Below, one piece after another: positions 11,946 to 24,365 of a DNA stretch of 64,000 nucleotides. Below the pieces are notes generated by a model. The model had not been told where the DNA came from, ran no database searches, and worked only from the letters and a program-made list of their open reading frames with translations. The stretch comes from Macrostomum lignano. Its lineage: Eukaryota. The stretch covers positions 310,001 to 374,000 of the forward strand of contig NIVC01000690.1 in the NCBI GenBank assembly GCA_002269645.1. Direction: 5' to 3'. A program made the translations under genes and the position numbers. Position 1 is the first letter of the stretch; each line of letters starts with the position of its first letter.

Positions 11946-13032
11946 GACGTGAAAAATTTTGTCTCAAAAGCCCTCTCATGCATTCTACTCATAGCTACAA
12001 ACAACTCATTTTTAGTATATAGGAAAGGAAGGAAAGGAAATTCACGATACATTAAAAAAAGGTTATTAGTTGTTGTAGCTGTTGTCAACAGCTACGGAAA
12101 ACATTAACAAAACTAAACTTACCTTTCGATTTTATTTATTGTTTATGATAGAAGCAGGAGAGTTTTTAAGTTTTATTACAATACATTTAAAATTTAAGAC
12201 TTTTGTACCAGAAAAAATGTATCTAAGGTAGCACAACAGTTAAAATTTCAAATATAGAGTCGAATTTTTTTAAAAATAAGATACGGTACCAGTACCGGAA
12301 GTCGATACGGTATTGGTATATAATTTATCTTCGACTTCAATGACAATAAATATGACAGGAACTAAATGTGCTTCACCCCAAATGATACAAAAGATTACTA
12401 TGTTTTAATATTAGCACTGCTAGACTCAAACCGTGCCAAAAGATAAACAAGCCAATAAAAGAGACCATGAGTCCATGACGTATGAGAGTTACTTTAGGCC
12501 TGCAACTGCCGCACTAATGGACTGCCACATCGCTAACTTGCAGGCGGTTGAGCTTACCCTTCAGACTGCTGCTGATATTAGCAGCAGTGTGAGCTGCGAG
12601 CGCGTGCACACAAGGGGCCTTCACTGTGCATCTTAGTTTAGGCTATTGGCTAACCTAATATCGATTTGGCTTATGAGTGGCTCTCCAATACATTATCGCC
12701 AGCTTAATCGCTTAAATTCTACAATCCCAAAATGAGCTACTGATTTAAAGTACTATGATTACAGACGAAGAAGTATGGATGCTAATACTAAAATTATTAA
12801 AAAATCATTTCCACTGTTTTTATTTATGTTCAAATAAATAATTATTTTTACTCTTTCGATACTACTTTTCTAATACGTGTATTTTCATCGCTTAAACCTA
12901 ACAATCCTCTAATCTTAATAATAATCCTCATTACCATAATTTAACGTTTGTTCACTCATCAAATTCTAATTTCTGCTTTTCTGCATGTTCTGCTTTTTTT
13001 ACACGCACAATATTTACATTAAGATAATTTTT

Positions 13033-13096
13033 TGTCTAGCAGGATTCGAACCTCAAACCTTCTAATTTCGAGTCAGGCCCACTGGCCACTCGACCA
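13033..13096 (-). pseudogene. Degenerate tRNA-like sequence (tRNA pseudogene or SINE head)
   Basis: Minus strand TGGTCGAGTGG (A box) ... CTGACTCGAAATTAG (anticodon-like arm) ... GGTTCGAATCC (B box); acceptor stem does not pair. Confidence 0.5.
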
Positions 13097-13409
13097 ATTT
13101 TTAGCGGTGTCTATTTTTAGCACTCAGAGAATTCCCAGAATTCCCATCCGCGGGTGCACTCGACCAGCCCACCCTAGCCCACACGGTCACAGACCAATAG
13201 CAGCGTTCCTTGGCATATCTAGCTACTATCACTGTGCGCACTGTGTGGACTCTCAAGGATTAGCCTATGTGGGTCCACACGTGGACTCACTAGCTAGCCA
13301 CGTATTTTTTGTTTAGTGGATTGTCAGGCTAGCCCACGGCCATTAGGTGCCTCCGCCGTCCGAGCCTCTCCCCATGTGTCATTCTATTTTTAGACTAAGG
13401 GTTTCGCGG

Positions 13410-14385
13410 ACCCTGTGTCCCGAACCCTCCCTCACATGCAGCCGTGAGCGCACAAGCCCAAATTTGGCATGCTATTGTCACTAGTGGCTTGAGGCGACTG
13501 TCGGCGCTTCGTACAAGCTACTCTCCCCCCATGTTTAATCAATATCTGTTGTGCATCATTATCCGCAATTTTTGGGCTGCCGTTCCATGGTCAAGCCACG
13601 GAATGCCCAAACGCTCCACCTTCCGCATTTTGTATTAATGCATGCAGGCCGTTTGTCTGAATTTTTCCTCAGAACTTTTTTGACCGCAGGTCAGACTCGT
13701 TGAGAATTTTCTCCGAGAAAGCGCTCTAGCGCCGGTTAACAGCGAAGCAAAGCTCCTGAGCAGGTCTTGGTAGAGCAAAGCATCGCTAGAAGCAGCCGCA
13801 AGCTCCTGAGCAGGTCTTGGTAGAGCAAAGCATCGCTAGAAGCAGCCGCAAGCTCCTGAGCAGGTCTTGGTAGAGCATTGAAGCGGTCAAGCAGAAAGCA
13901 CGCTCCTAAGCAGGTTTTGGTAGAGCATTGCTAGTGCTATAGCTCTGATTTCCCAGCCTACTCTATTGGCAGGAAATCAGTGGGCTGAAGCCACTCTGCT
14001 ATTGTCTATTCGCGACACAGGCACGAATAAGAGTTAGAGTGAGTGTGCAGTCGCAGCACTCGTGCGCGATTCTAAGAAATATCTGTCAGTTTTATGTAGG
14101 CCTAGAGTCTATTGCTGCCGCAGGCGCATAGACCTATTTCATTGCCGCCCATCTGCGCGAGACTTAGCTGTTAGGTTAGTAGGAGTTAGGAGTCCTCTGA
14201 GAGCTTAACTCAGACACGACCAAGCGCGGACAATTGTCAGTGCCAGGACTGCGCCGCTCAGGCCATTTGCTACCATTGAGTCCTGTCACTTGGACATTGA
14301 AATATCTAAGACTAGTTGTTCTAGCGTTATTTATTTGCGTGGAACCCAATAAGACCCCTTCATTGCGGATCCTACGGTTCCCACG
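13410..14385 (+). mobile_element. Probable 5' LTR of an LTR retrotransposon (start uncertain)
   Basis: Contains four 50-bp tandem units (13751, 13801, 13851, ~13900); ends ...GGTTCCCACG directly before a reconstructable tRNA-Leu-like PBS. Confidence 0.45.
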
Positions 14386-14390
14386 CTGGT

Positions 14391-14509
14391 TGTAGCACTA
14401 CCAATTTTAGATTTCTCCCCAGTCTCAGCCCCCGCAAGAGTGTTCGCTAAGGTTGTCTGGGACGACAGCAGTCCACCTAGACTGAGCAAACAAAAGCTCA
14501 GTTACTACA
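14391..14509. mobile_element. 119-bp solo-LTR-like insertion
   Basis: TGTAG...CTACA termini flanked by a perfect 5-bp TSD CTGGT (14386-14390, 14510-14514). Confidence 0.75.
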
Positions 14510-14526
14510 CTGGTAATAGTGGTGGG

Positions 14527-17500
14527 CAGGGGCGGACCGAGGGGAAGGGGGGACAAGGGGGCCATGCCCCCCCCCTCAGCTCCGCCAAAAAAATCCTCAG
14601 ATGTATTGGTATCATGCAAAGTACATGTAAAACATTGGGGCCATCCAATTATAACTTAAGTTATATAGTGGTTATACAAGATGTAAAATAAAATTCAATT
14701 TAGTTGCTGTATGGCGGATGTATGGCCAGTGCACTGGGTAGAAGGGGGCAGGTCCTTCTATATTTGAATTGACCATATGAATATAGTCAACCGTAGTTCC
14801 GAAGTTCTAAAGTCCCCAACCCTGTCCCCTCCTGGTCTCCCGCAACATAAGACGGGAAAGAGTTAGTATTTAAACCTGCCAAGCATTTTCAAGAGGGCAT
14901 TATCAACATTTTATTAGATAAATGTACACAGCAGAATGTACACATACCCTCGTCCCATCCCCCTACCCTAGCCTTCCCTTCCCTCGAAGCCGGGACCCGG
15001 GGGTGCGCACCCACCCCTAAATACATTATTTAGGCTGCCCTCACCCTGCATTTAGAGGCACATTTCATTTTCATAAGGCACGCCATTACGCCTTCCACAT
15101 TATCACATATACAACGATTGTTTAGACTTCGTCTTCAATACATGTGTTTAACTTATTGTTGTCAATGACAATGTCTGCACGGATCGATTCGTTCTTCCCG
15201 CGTGAGGCAGAGACTTCGCACTGATGACTCCACTTCTGGCCAGGAACCAAAGGAGCCGGTTGAGTCAAGCAGTTGTCAGCAAGCGGTCAGCAAGCAGTCA
15301 GCAAGCAATGGTTCAACAAATGAGATAAGTCAACATAAAGAACTGGTTGAGGAGCCGGCAGTGCCTGCAGCACCCGGCACTCCTACTATTCTGCAATGTG
15401 ACCCCCCCATGTGACGATTTTGGACACGCGTTTGACCTACTGCGTGGCCCCAATTCTGTTGCCCTGGCCAGCCTCAGCTCGAAGGATCTGGTCAACCTGG
15501 TAGACAACTACTGGAAGCCTGACTGCGACACTTACGTCTTCCCAGCAACACAAAAGGGAAAATATCTGCGTCGACCCACTGGCTACCACTTCAAAACCTA
15601 CACTTGGCTGGCTTTCTCTGAAAAGCATCGGGGCTTGTTCTGCCGCTACTGCGTTGTCTTTGGACCAACATCTGTCCGAAGCATCCCAGTGGGTACCCTC
15701 ACAAGTTCCGCAAGTTTGACAAGCTAGTTGGTGACACCAGTGCATACCTGGTCAACCACAATGCCCTACTAATGCATCGCGAGTCGGAGAGAAAGTACAA
15801 GGCAGTGCAAGTGACGGCTAAGGATCCGGACATGAAATTTACATCCCTGCTTAACTCCGAAGCCGAGCGCCAGCGCAAGGCCAATCGACTGAAGCTCATC
15901 CAGATCGTCGATGCCGTCAAATTTCTGGCCAGCAACGGTCTGCCCTTCCGGGGTCATCGTGACGATGGTCCTGTCGATTTGAAGGATCCAGTGATGAACG
16001 AAGGTGTTTCCGTGCTCTGATTAAGTACTTGGCGAATTGTGGCAATGTGGTTCTGAAGGATCACATTGAAACCTGCTCTTCCAACGCGACGTACTTGTTA
16101 AAGAGAACCCAGAATGCTCTCATTGACTGCCTCAAGCAGTGCATCGTGGACAGAATCGTTGCGGATGCTCGAGAGGCTGTCTACTTTTCAATCATTGCTG
16201 ACGAGACCACGGACTGCTCCAACCATGAGCAGATCGCATTCTGCCTGCGGTTCTTTTCTACCCGGCGCCAACAAATTTCTGAGATGTTCGTTGGCTTCGA
16301 GCTCGCTCCTGATCTCAGGGGCAAAGCACTTGCCGCTCAGATTGTCTCCTTCATCCGAGGACTTGGACTGCAGCTGCAACATCTTGTTGACCAAGGCTAC
16401 GATGGTGCGTCAGCAATGGCTGGTGAATTCAATGGTGTCCAGAAGTTTGTTCGCGAGGAAGCCCCACTGGCAGCATATGTGCACTGCAGTTGTCACTGCC
16501 TCAATCTTGCTCTGGCAAAGTGCGCTCGTGTTCTCGAGATTGAAACTATCATCACTGCCATCAACGAGATTGCCGAGTTCTTCAACGACTCTCCAAAGCG
16601 CGCAGCTGTCCTTAAGCGTCATATTGAAGCCGTGTATCTGACGGCGTCGCACACGCGTCTGCAGAAGTATTGCGAAACGAGATGGGTGCAGCGTCACAAT
16701 TCAGTGGCCATTTTTGCGGAGCTGCTTGATGCAGTTTCGCCTGCTCTGGAGGAGATCAGCCACTGGCCTGCCGATCAAAATGAATACCTGGCTCGCTGTC
16801 ACCTTAAGACCCTTAAGGACTCATCCTTCTATCTTCCCTTCGTCGTTCTGCGCAAGGTTCTCGCAATCACCTCACCAGTGGCTGTTGCGCTACAGGATTC
16901 TTCGATTGATTTTCTGAAGTGCATTGCGTCATTGCGCAGCTGGACGACGATGTGTATCGCCGCTGGTTCGAGGAGGCTGAGAGGCTGTTTGGTGAAGACA
17001 TCACGATGCTGCAACTGTGTGGCCGACAGCGCAATCGCAACAATGTCCCCGCGGAGACTGCGGCTGTCTTCTACCGCCGCGCAGTCTTCTGCACCTACAT
17101 TGACGTCTATGCACCAGCCTCAAGAGTCGATTTGTGTCGCATGAAGCACAGGTTCTGCAACTGTGTGCTGTTGTGCCTAAGTTCAGTGTCACCTACAGCT
17201 TTGAGCAGATATGTGGCGCCGTTGAACTCTATGGCGCATTCCTCAGTGACGTCTATGCTGTTGAAGGTGAATACCTTCTGTGGGCTCGCAAGTGGAAGGA
17301 GGCCCAGTCGCAAGGCTTCAACCTGCCTGGAACAGCCACTGCTGCATTGGTCGACATTGGCAATGACCCAAACTACCGCAACATGCGCACACTGCTGCAA
17401 ATCTTTGCTACAATCCCGGTGACCACTGCCACATGCGAACGGGCCTTCAGTCACCTCCGTCTTTTGAAGACGTACCTTCGCTCAACGATGGCGGAGGAGA

Positions 17501-17979
17501 TACTGTCTGGGCTCTCCATAGCCCACATCCACCGTAGCATTGACATCCCCAGTGAGGAAGTTGTGGAGCGATATGCCAGGCAGAATCGCCGCCTTGATCG
17601 TTGACAATTGACACAGCTATTGTTGTGTAGTTTACTAGTCATGTAGTCCCGCTGCGTGAGTGCTTTAAGCTGTTAAAGTATACGATGTACATGTACAGTT
17701 GCGGGCGTGGGAGAAATGGCTAATTTCTACGGAATTGACAAATCTTTTTCAATAAATCAAGCCTCTATACGTCAAGAATGTCATCAAACCAAACAAGGCG
17801 ACTTGCTTGTTCATTACTAAGTACAGAAACATCATAAGTAGGTGTGAATTTTATGTAAGGAAGCCGATGTAGCATGTACAAAAGAATGGGCTTAGGATAC
17901 TGGTACCCTAATTACAGCTCTGGCCTGACCAGACGTGAGGCTTGCCCCCTCCCTCGGTAAAATCCTGGGTCCGCCCCTG
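14527..17979 (+). mobile_element. Full-length hAT DNA transposon
   Basis: 12-bp TIR CAGGGGCGGACC / GGTCCGCCCCTG and perfect 8-bp TSD GTGGTGGG (14519-14526, 17980-17987). Confidence 0.95.
15171..17604 (+). pseudogene. hAT transposase (TTF zinc finger, DUF4371/ZMYM1-like, hAT dimerisation domain), frameshifted
   Basis: WLAFSEKHRGLFCRYC, LPFRGHRDD, FSIIADETTD, QGYDGASAMAG, YVHCSCHCLNL, ETRWVQRH, IPVTTATCERAFSHLRLLKTYLRSTM, split over at least five ORFs. Confidence 0.93.
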
Positions 17980-18098
17980 GTGGTGGGATTCCAAGGCCTA
18001 CCGGACCACCTCCCCTCTCCCAGGGCAACCCAACGAAATTGCCACACTTCACTATTCATGCCCTATTCATGTCGTGCGAATTTATAAACACTTTAGAT

Positions 18099-18165
18099 CA
18101 GACGTCGGCAAACTTTTTTACCTCAAGGGCCAGATAAGGGATCCAGCTCATGGCTGCGGGCCAGG
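18099..18165 (+). mobile_element. Degenerate left end of the hAT MITE family also seen at 37437
   Basis: CAGACGTCGGCAAACTTTTTTACCTCAAGGGCCAGAT...CCAGCTCATG matches 37437 onward. Confidence 0.7.
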
Positions 18166-18950
18166 TGAGAGACAGTAAGATGCAGTAGAAAATGAAAAAT
18201 GAGAGGGCAGAGGATGGGATGAGAAAAGAAATGAGATAAGATAGGAGTGGGGTTTGAGGGACGAGAAGATGAGCAGAGGAGAGTAGGGAGTAAAGGAGAG
18301 GGGAGAGGATACAAGAAAGGAGACAAGAGAAAGAGAGTTGAGAAGACAAACCCTGAGCAGGCTGGATTGCAATAGTGAAGTGCTGACCCCTGGTTTAAAT
18401 GACAACGGGTGACATTCTTTTGTGGTGTCCTAATCATTTATTCACCGTGTCGTTCCACCTTTCTGGTGCATTTACTGTTTTTGTCTTGTGTACCTCTTTT
18501 GCGTGACGTCAAATACACGTAACAACTTGCTACTCTATTTGGGGCAGAATTACGCCCCCCCTTTTTCAGTAAGTCTGTACTTCGTTGCTTTACAAAACCA
18601 TGAGGAATGAGTTCTATGTCGTAGATATCAACTTGTCGGTGGAGACGTGCCAATGTGTTTCCAATAGGCAGGATATATTAGGGAAACGGAAACTTAGGTA
18701 TCGTTAATCAGTACTGATCTTGAGTGCACAAAAAGTCTATATGTCAATCATCTCCATTGCAGTTCGTCCTATAGATATGAACAGAAATGATCCAAATATT
18801 CAGGCTCAGTCAGATGAACGCTGGCTGTATATGTGAGAATACATGAAAGAATACTGCAAAGGTGTTAAAAGAAAAGCTGACACCAGCGCACTATCTGTTG
18901 TTGAGCAGGTTTAGCGACTGCGACGTCGCCGTCTGTATGGGACTACTGCT

Positions 18951-19070
18951 GGAGATGGTGCCGGCGATGCAGTCATAGACGACCAAGGCGCTGCTGGAGA
19001 TGGTGCCGGCGATGCTGTCGTAGACAACCAAGGCGCTGCTAGAGATGGGTGTTGGCGATGCAGTCGTAGC
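18951..19070. repeat. 45-bp tandem repeat, 3 copies
   Basis: Units at 18951, 18996, 19041. Confidence 0.9.
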
Positions 19071-19074
19071 CTGG

Positions 19075-19900
19075 ATTTGTGTGCTGATCCGGTTCACTCG
19101 CCCGGAATTGTGTGCTGATCTAGTTCACTTGCCCAGAATTTAGCCTGGATTTGTGTGCTGATCTGGTTCACTGGCCCGGAATTTAGCCCGGATTTGTGTG
19201 CTGATCCGGTTCACTCGCCAAGAATTGTGTGCTGACAGGAGCGTTGCCAACAGGGGGGGGGGAAGGGGGGACGTGTCCCCTCCAGTAAAAGATCTGGGGG
19301 GGACATGCCAATGCTTTGTCCCCCCCACCACCACCACCTAGTGGCCTGTTGTGAAAATCAATAATTTTTGCTGCATGGTGAGAAAATAGCGCCTGCGGCG
19401 CTAAAATTAGTGACTGTGGCGCTAAAATGGTGGCTGCAGCGCTAAAATGGCATCTGTGGTGCTAAAATGAGTGCCTGCGGTGCTAAAATGGCGCCTGCGG
19501 TGCTAAAATGGCGCAAAAATGAGTGCATGTGGCGCTAAAATGATACCTACAGTGTTAAAATGAGTGCTAACAACACCAATTCTGAAAATACTGTACATGA
19601 TGAAATTTTGTCGTGTACATGTACATGTAGAATTCTTGGCTTTGTCCCCCCGACCATAAAATCCATGGCAACACGCCTGTGTGCTAATCCAGTTTATTTG
19701 CCCAGAATTGTATGCTGATTCGGATCACTTGACCGGAATTTAGCCCAGATTCGTGTGCTGACATGGTTCACTCGCCCGGAATTGTGTGCTGATCCAGTTC
19801 ACTCGCCTGGAATTTAGCCCAGATTCGTGTGCTGATCCAGTTCACTCACCCATAATTGTGTGCTGATCTGGTTCACTCGCCCGGAATTCACCCAGAATTG
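19075..19900. repeat. Satellite with core GTGTGCTGATCCGGTTCACTCGCCCGGAATT, split by a MITE
   Basis: Copies on both sides of 19236-19679. Confidence 0.9.
19236..19679. mobile_element. Non-autonomous hAT-type MITE
   Basis: Imperfect TIR CAGGAGCGTTGCCA / TGGCAACACGCCTG; TSD TGTGCTGA / TGTGCTAA (7 of 8); internal GCGCTAAAATG repeats. Confidence 0.8.
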
Positions 19901-20109
19901 TCACCTGAATTTTTTAGAGATCCGGGTCTATTTTCTAGAATTTTCTTTTCAATCTGGAAATTTCGCCCAGATTCTGTTAACTTTCATTACAGATCCGGAA
20001 TTTCCACCTGGATCTAATTGCATTACTGGAATAGGAAAAAATTCTGGGTGAACGCAAAAAATTCTGGCAAAATTCCAGGTGAAAAGTTCAGCAGGCTGGT
20101 TGCTGATGC

Positions 20110-21035
20110 CATCTAGCACAAACTTAGTCGCAAGCTTCGAGTTCCCAATGCAACATGCTGGAACTCAATGTACGATAGCATCCAATAGCTCAGCGACTTT
20201 TTAGAAGTTGGCATGTGCAATAAAATTAACAAAATTCTGTAAGACATGTCCACGCCACTGCAACCATTTTAACAGGATGAGGCAAGACTCCTGAAGGAGT
20301 ATTACACTATAATGGCGCCTGTTGCCATCGCTTTTAATATTCTTCAAGGTGAAAACAATATCTACCTCGGCATGCTGTTGCCTACTATCTCGAGCGCCAT
20401 TTCCAGGCTGGACGATATTAATAGTCATTTGCAGCTAGATTTTTGCGGAGGGCTCATCAATTGTCTGCAAGATGGCCTCCGTCACTGCTTTGCGTCTGCA
20501 TTTACCAATGCAGAGTGTCTGCTGGCTGCTATATTCCACCCACAATTTCGGCTTACCTGGCTTCATAAATATAATTTGGCCAAGGTCGCTTCTGTTTGTC
20601 GTTTGATGGAGGATGCTGTGGTGAAGGAGCTTCATTCTATGTTGAATGAATTAGATTCTAGCAGCATCTTCTATCAATATGACAGTCAGCAGTTCTTACT
20701 AGCGGCAGTGACCTCCTCGACAGTGTCAGCCACCCATAGCAGAGCATGTCCAGTGGAGCATCACGACAAAAAAGTGCCACAAAGATTGTCACTGACTGGT
20801 TAGACGGCGCATAGTGGCCAACTGATGGCGTTTCTGAGAGCGCCTTTAATGGCGTACCAGAGCTGCAACAGCTCTTTGTGCACTTTATTACTGGCGTGCC
20901 ATTGAGCGCAGCAGTTGAGCGTGCCTTCTCCATGGTGAAGGACGTGCATCGAGCAAAGCGTGCGCCTCTTGCTGATGCGACTCTAAACCATCTTGTGCTA
21001 CTTCGTGGCAAATATGCATTTGGTGTGACTAACTG
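20110..21035 (+). pseudogene. Second hAT transposase relic (C-terminal half, Ac-type)
   Basis: VPNATCWNSMYD, MAPVAIAFNILQGE, AAIFHPQFRLTW, VPLSAAVERAFS...LNHLVLLR. Confidence 0.85.
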
Positions 21036-21968
21036 ATTGTTATCACGCAGCAGCACTGCAGCAGTAGCCGACTAATAGTAGACAGACTAAGACTGCTACT
21101 GCTGGACTGTTTGTTCTAATAAGTAAAAAGGTTGTCAAACCCCAAGGTTTTTTGTACAGAATGAAAATTGAGGCACCAAACTGTCAATCAATAGTACTAA
21201 TATTTAGCAAAAGTGCAAAACTTTCACCAAAGTACAATTATACTAAGGTTAAAAGTATAGTATAATAGGATCATGTGTTTTTTACTTTTCTAATTTAAAA
21301 TAAGTTAAGCATCATATAAGAATGACAGAATGAAGGAATTTATATTTGTAACAACTAAAAACATTTGACAGAATAACAACTCTAGTAAAATACAAAAAGG
21401 ATTAATTGGACGATCTTTAGGCATTGCTGTGGTGTAAACTTAACGGATAATGATTACTTTTCATTGTAACGGTTTGATATTGCTTTAGTTTTGTATTGGT
21501 AAATATTCCAGACTCATGTTCAAATGAATTTTCTATGAAGATTGAGTCTTGTCAAGTATTCCTCCTTTATCTTGTTGTTTCTTTTGCTTATATTTTTGTT
21601 CAATCTGAAATCCAAAAACAAAACACATTTAAAGATACAAAGCACATTTTTTCAATTTCTGGCAAATTTTCTAACAGTTTTTGATAATTCACTCTAATGA
21701 TGCATGCAAAAGTAATAAAAAGTATATACACTAGCGTGTAGGGTAAAAACTCATCAACCGAACAAGGGATCTTCAAAACCGAACATGCAACTTGTCACGT
21801 TATTGGCGTAGAGGCTATGACCCTTAGAAGGGCCGTTTTACGAGAGTTGTCGTAAGTCGTAGTCCCAAAATGAATTGACGTCAATTCTTGCAAAGCGGAT
21901 TGTGTAGCCCCACCGGTCAAGAGATAAAGTCCATCTTTTGATTCTTATCAATAAAACCAGTTTGAAGC

Positions 21969-23637
21969 GGGTCTACGACGTTTGCCTGCGGGACGTTTGC
22001 CAGCCGACGTTTGCCTGCGGGACGTTTGCCAGCCGACATTTGCCAGCCGACGTTTGCCAGCCGACGTTTGCCAGCGGGACGTTTGCCAGCCGAAGTTTGC
22101 CTGCCGGACGTTTGCCTGCGGGACGTTTGCCAGCCGACGTTTGCCAGCCGACGTTTGCCAGCCGACATTTGCCAGCCGACATTTGCCAGCGGGACGTTTG
22201 CCAGTCGGACGTTTGTCAGCCGACGTTTGCCAGCCGACGTTTGCCTGCCGGACGTTTGCCAGCCGACGTTTGCCTGCCGGAAGTTTGCCAGCCAAAATTT
22301 GCTAGCCAATATAAAGCCAGTCAGTGAAAAATTTGATACTGAAACATTCGCAGTTTAGCGGTTTGACAAAAAACATTTTTACTCCAACTTTCTGACGGTT
22401 ATTCGCATATATACAAGTTTGAAAGCAAAATCTATAAATTATGCAATTTATGCAAAATCTATATAAATTATGCAATTTATATAGATTTACATCTAATATC
22501 CAGTTTAACAACGATTTTCTTTGAATGTGAAAATATTGTTTACTTTTGACAATTGTGTATCGTTTTCCCAGTTTGAGATGTTTGATTTTTGATGTGCGAA
22601 AGAAGACGCGCAGATTACAACGGGAATCTCCAGCGATTAAGTTATGAGGCAAACAAAAAGAGCTGCTGAGCGGTAATTCTGGCTCATATATTTCTCAGTT
22701 CATTGGGAGATCTAAAAGTAAGCAAATTGATTCCAATTCTGTTGTATTACTACTCAAGTAAGCCAGGAAACCGCGATCTCAACGTACATGTGTAGACGAG
22801 TCTAATGCGGTACGTTTTTATAGTAAGCTATATAGCTGAATAGCCAGACAAGCCGCCAGTAGCAAGCTAGTAGAATAGCAAGCGCTAGACACTACGTATG
22901 CAAAGCTTAGTCATGCCAAGGACTACTAAAGTAGAAGTACGCAGCACTCGAAATCTATGAAAAATGTTTTGAAGGCCATAGGGAGATAGGAAGTTTTCAT
23001 CTTTTCAGCACAACAATTGTTATTGCTTTCATACGAGGCAAACCCAATGTTCATCTTTTGATATGTTGTGCCAAAATCGTTGTTAAACTAGATATTAGAC
23101 GTTAGACTGATGAACTGCATAATTTATATATTTTGCTTTCAAACTTGTATATATGCGAATAACCGTCAAAAAGTTGGAGTAAAAACGGTTTTTGTCAAAC
23201 CGCTAAACTGCGAATATTTCAGTATCAAATTTTTCACTGACTGGCTTTATATTGGCTAGCAAATTTTGGCTGGCAAACTTCCGGCAGGCAAACGTCGGCT
23301 GGAAAACGTCGGCTGGCAAACGTCCGGCAGGCAAACGTCCGGCAGGCAAACGTCCGGCAGGCAAACTTCGGCTGGCAAACGTCCCGCTGGCAAACGTCGG
23401 CTGGCAAACGTCGGCTGGCAAATGTCGGCTGGCAAACGTCCCGCAGGCAAACGTCCCGCAGGCAAACGTCCCGCAGGCAAACGTCGGCTGGCAAACGTCC
23501 GGCAGGCAAACTTCGGCTGGCAAACGTCCCACTGGCAAACGTCGGCTGGCAAACGTCGGCTGGCAAATGTCGGCTGGCAAACGTCCCGCAGGCAAACGTC
23601 GGCTGGCAAACGTCCCGCAGGCAAACGTCGCTATCCC
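21969..23637. mobile_element. Foldback/MULE-type non-autonomous element with ~550-bp modular TIRs
   Basis: Perfect 9-bp TSD GTTTGAAGC (21960-21968, 23638-23646); arms GGG-N4-CGACGTTTGCC; inverted tandem arrays (21976-22295 vs 23265-23630) plus inverted unique blocks (about 22295-22520 vs 23075-23265). Confidence 0.9.
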
Positions 23638-23646
23638 GTTTGAAGC

Positions 23647-24365
23647 TCAAGGTCGAATGAAATCGTGTATAAATACAAGCAAAAATCCGAGCTGAAACCT
23701 CAGACTCGGAGCAGCCTTAAGAGATCTTAGGCTTAGCCAGAGCTACTAAGCAAGGCTATATCTCTGAGAGAGACAAACACCAATTGGTAAGCCTTAGTTA
23801 GAGTCTTTGTTATTTGAGTCTTTGTTATTCGATTATTGAGAGCTGTGTCATTGCCGGCCGTTACTGATCAGTCGAATTATTGAGTTTGAGGCCTCCCTAT
23901 TCCTAAGGGATTGGATAGGATCTGCGGACCGATTCCGATACTCTTAGTCGATTATATAGTGATTGATTGATTTGGTACCCTAGAGTAACCGATAGGAGCA
24001 CACGACTCCGATTCCGTTATTTCTAGAAGACGCCCTTTCGGAGGACCTAGTTATCGTTATAGAGTTAACTTGTTATTAGGGCGCATCTCTGCACTCGAGG
24101 AACATATCGATTTCTGCACTCGAGGAATATATTGATTTCTGCACTCGAGGAATATATTGATTTCTGCACTCGAGGAATATATTGATTTCTGCACTCGAGG
24201 AATATATTGATTTCTGCACTCGAGGAATATATTGACGTCGACGGACTAAGTTAAAAAGCTCTCATATTCTGCCGATTCAAGAAGACTACTCCGGAGGAAA
24301 AAGATTTGAAGAGACGAGCTCGGAAAACCTGCCCGACAAAGAAGAGGAGCCCGCATCAGTAAGTG
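23647..24365 (+). promoter_or_regulatory. LTR-like promoter/leader cassette with TATA box and two splice donors
   Basis: TATAAATACAAG at 23668; G|GTAAGCCTTA at 23787; A|GTAAGT at 24359; no ORF. Confidence 0.45.
24086..24235. repeat. 25-bp tandem repeat, 6 copies (TTTCTGCACTCGAGGAATATATTGA)
   Basis: Head-to-tail units with no spacers. Confidence 0.95.

Noticed and set aside
13033-13096. Functional tRNA gene
   Set aside because: A and B boxes present but acceptor stem and T stem do not pair; kept only as a relic.
21917-23695. Many overlapping ANVGWQ/CQPTFA ORFs
   Set aside because: Products of the tandem arrays in the foldback element arms.
24086-24235. Short direct-repeat arrays (also 13751-13930, 58145-58560) as CRISPR candidates
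   Set aside because: No unique spacers, no cas genes, eukaryotic context.
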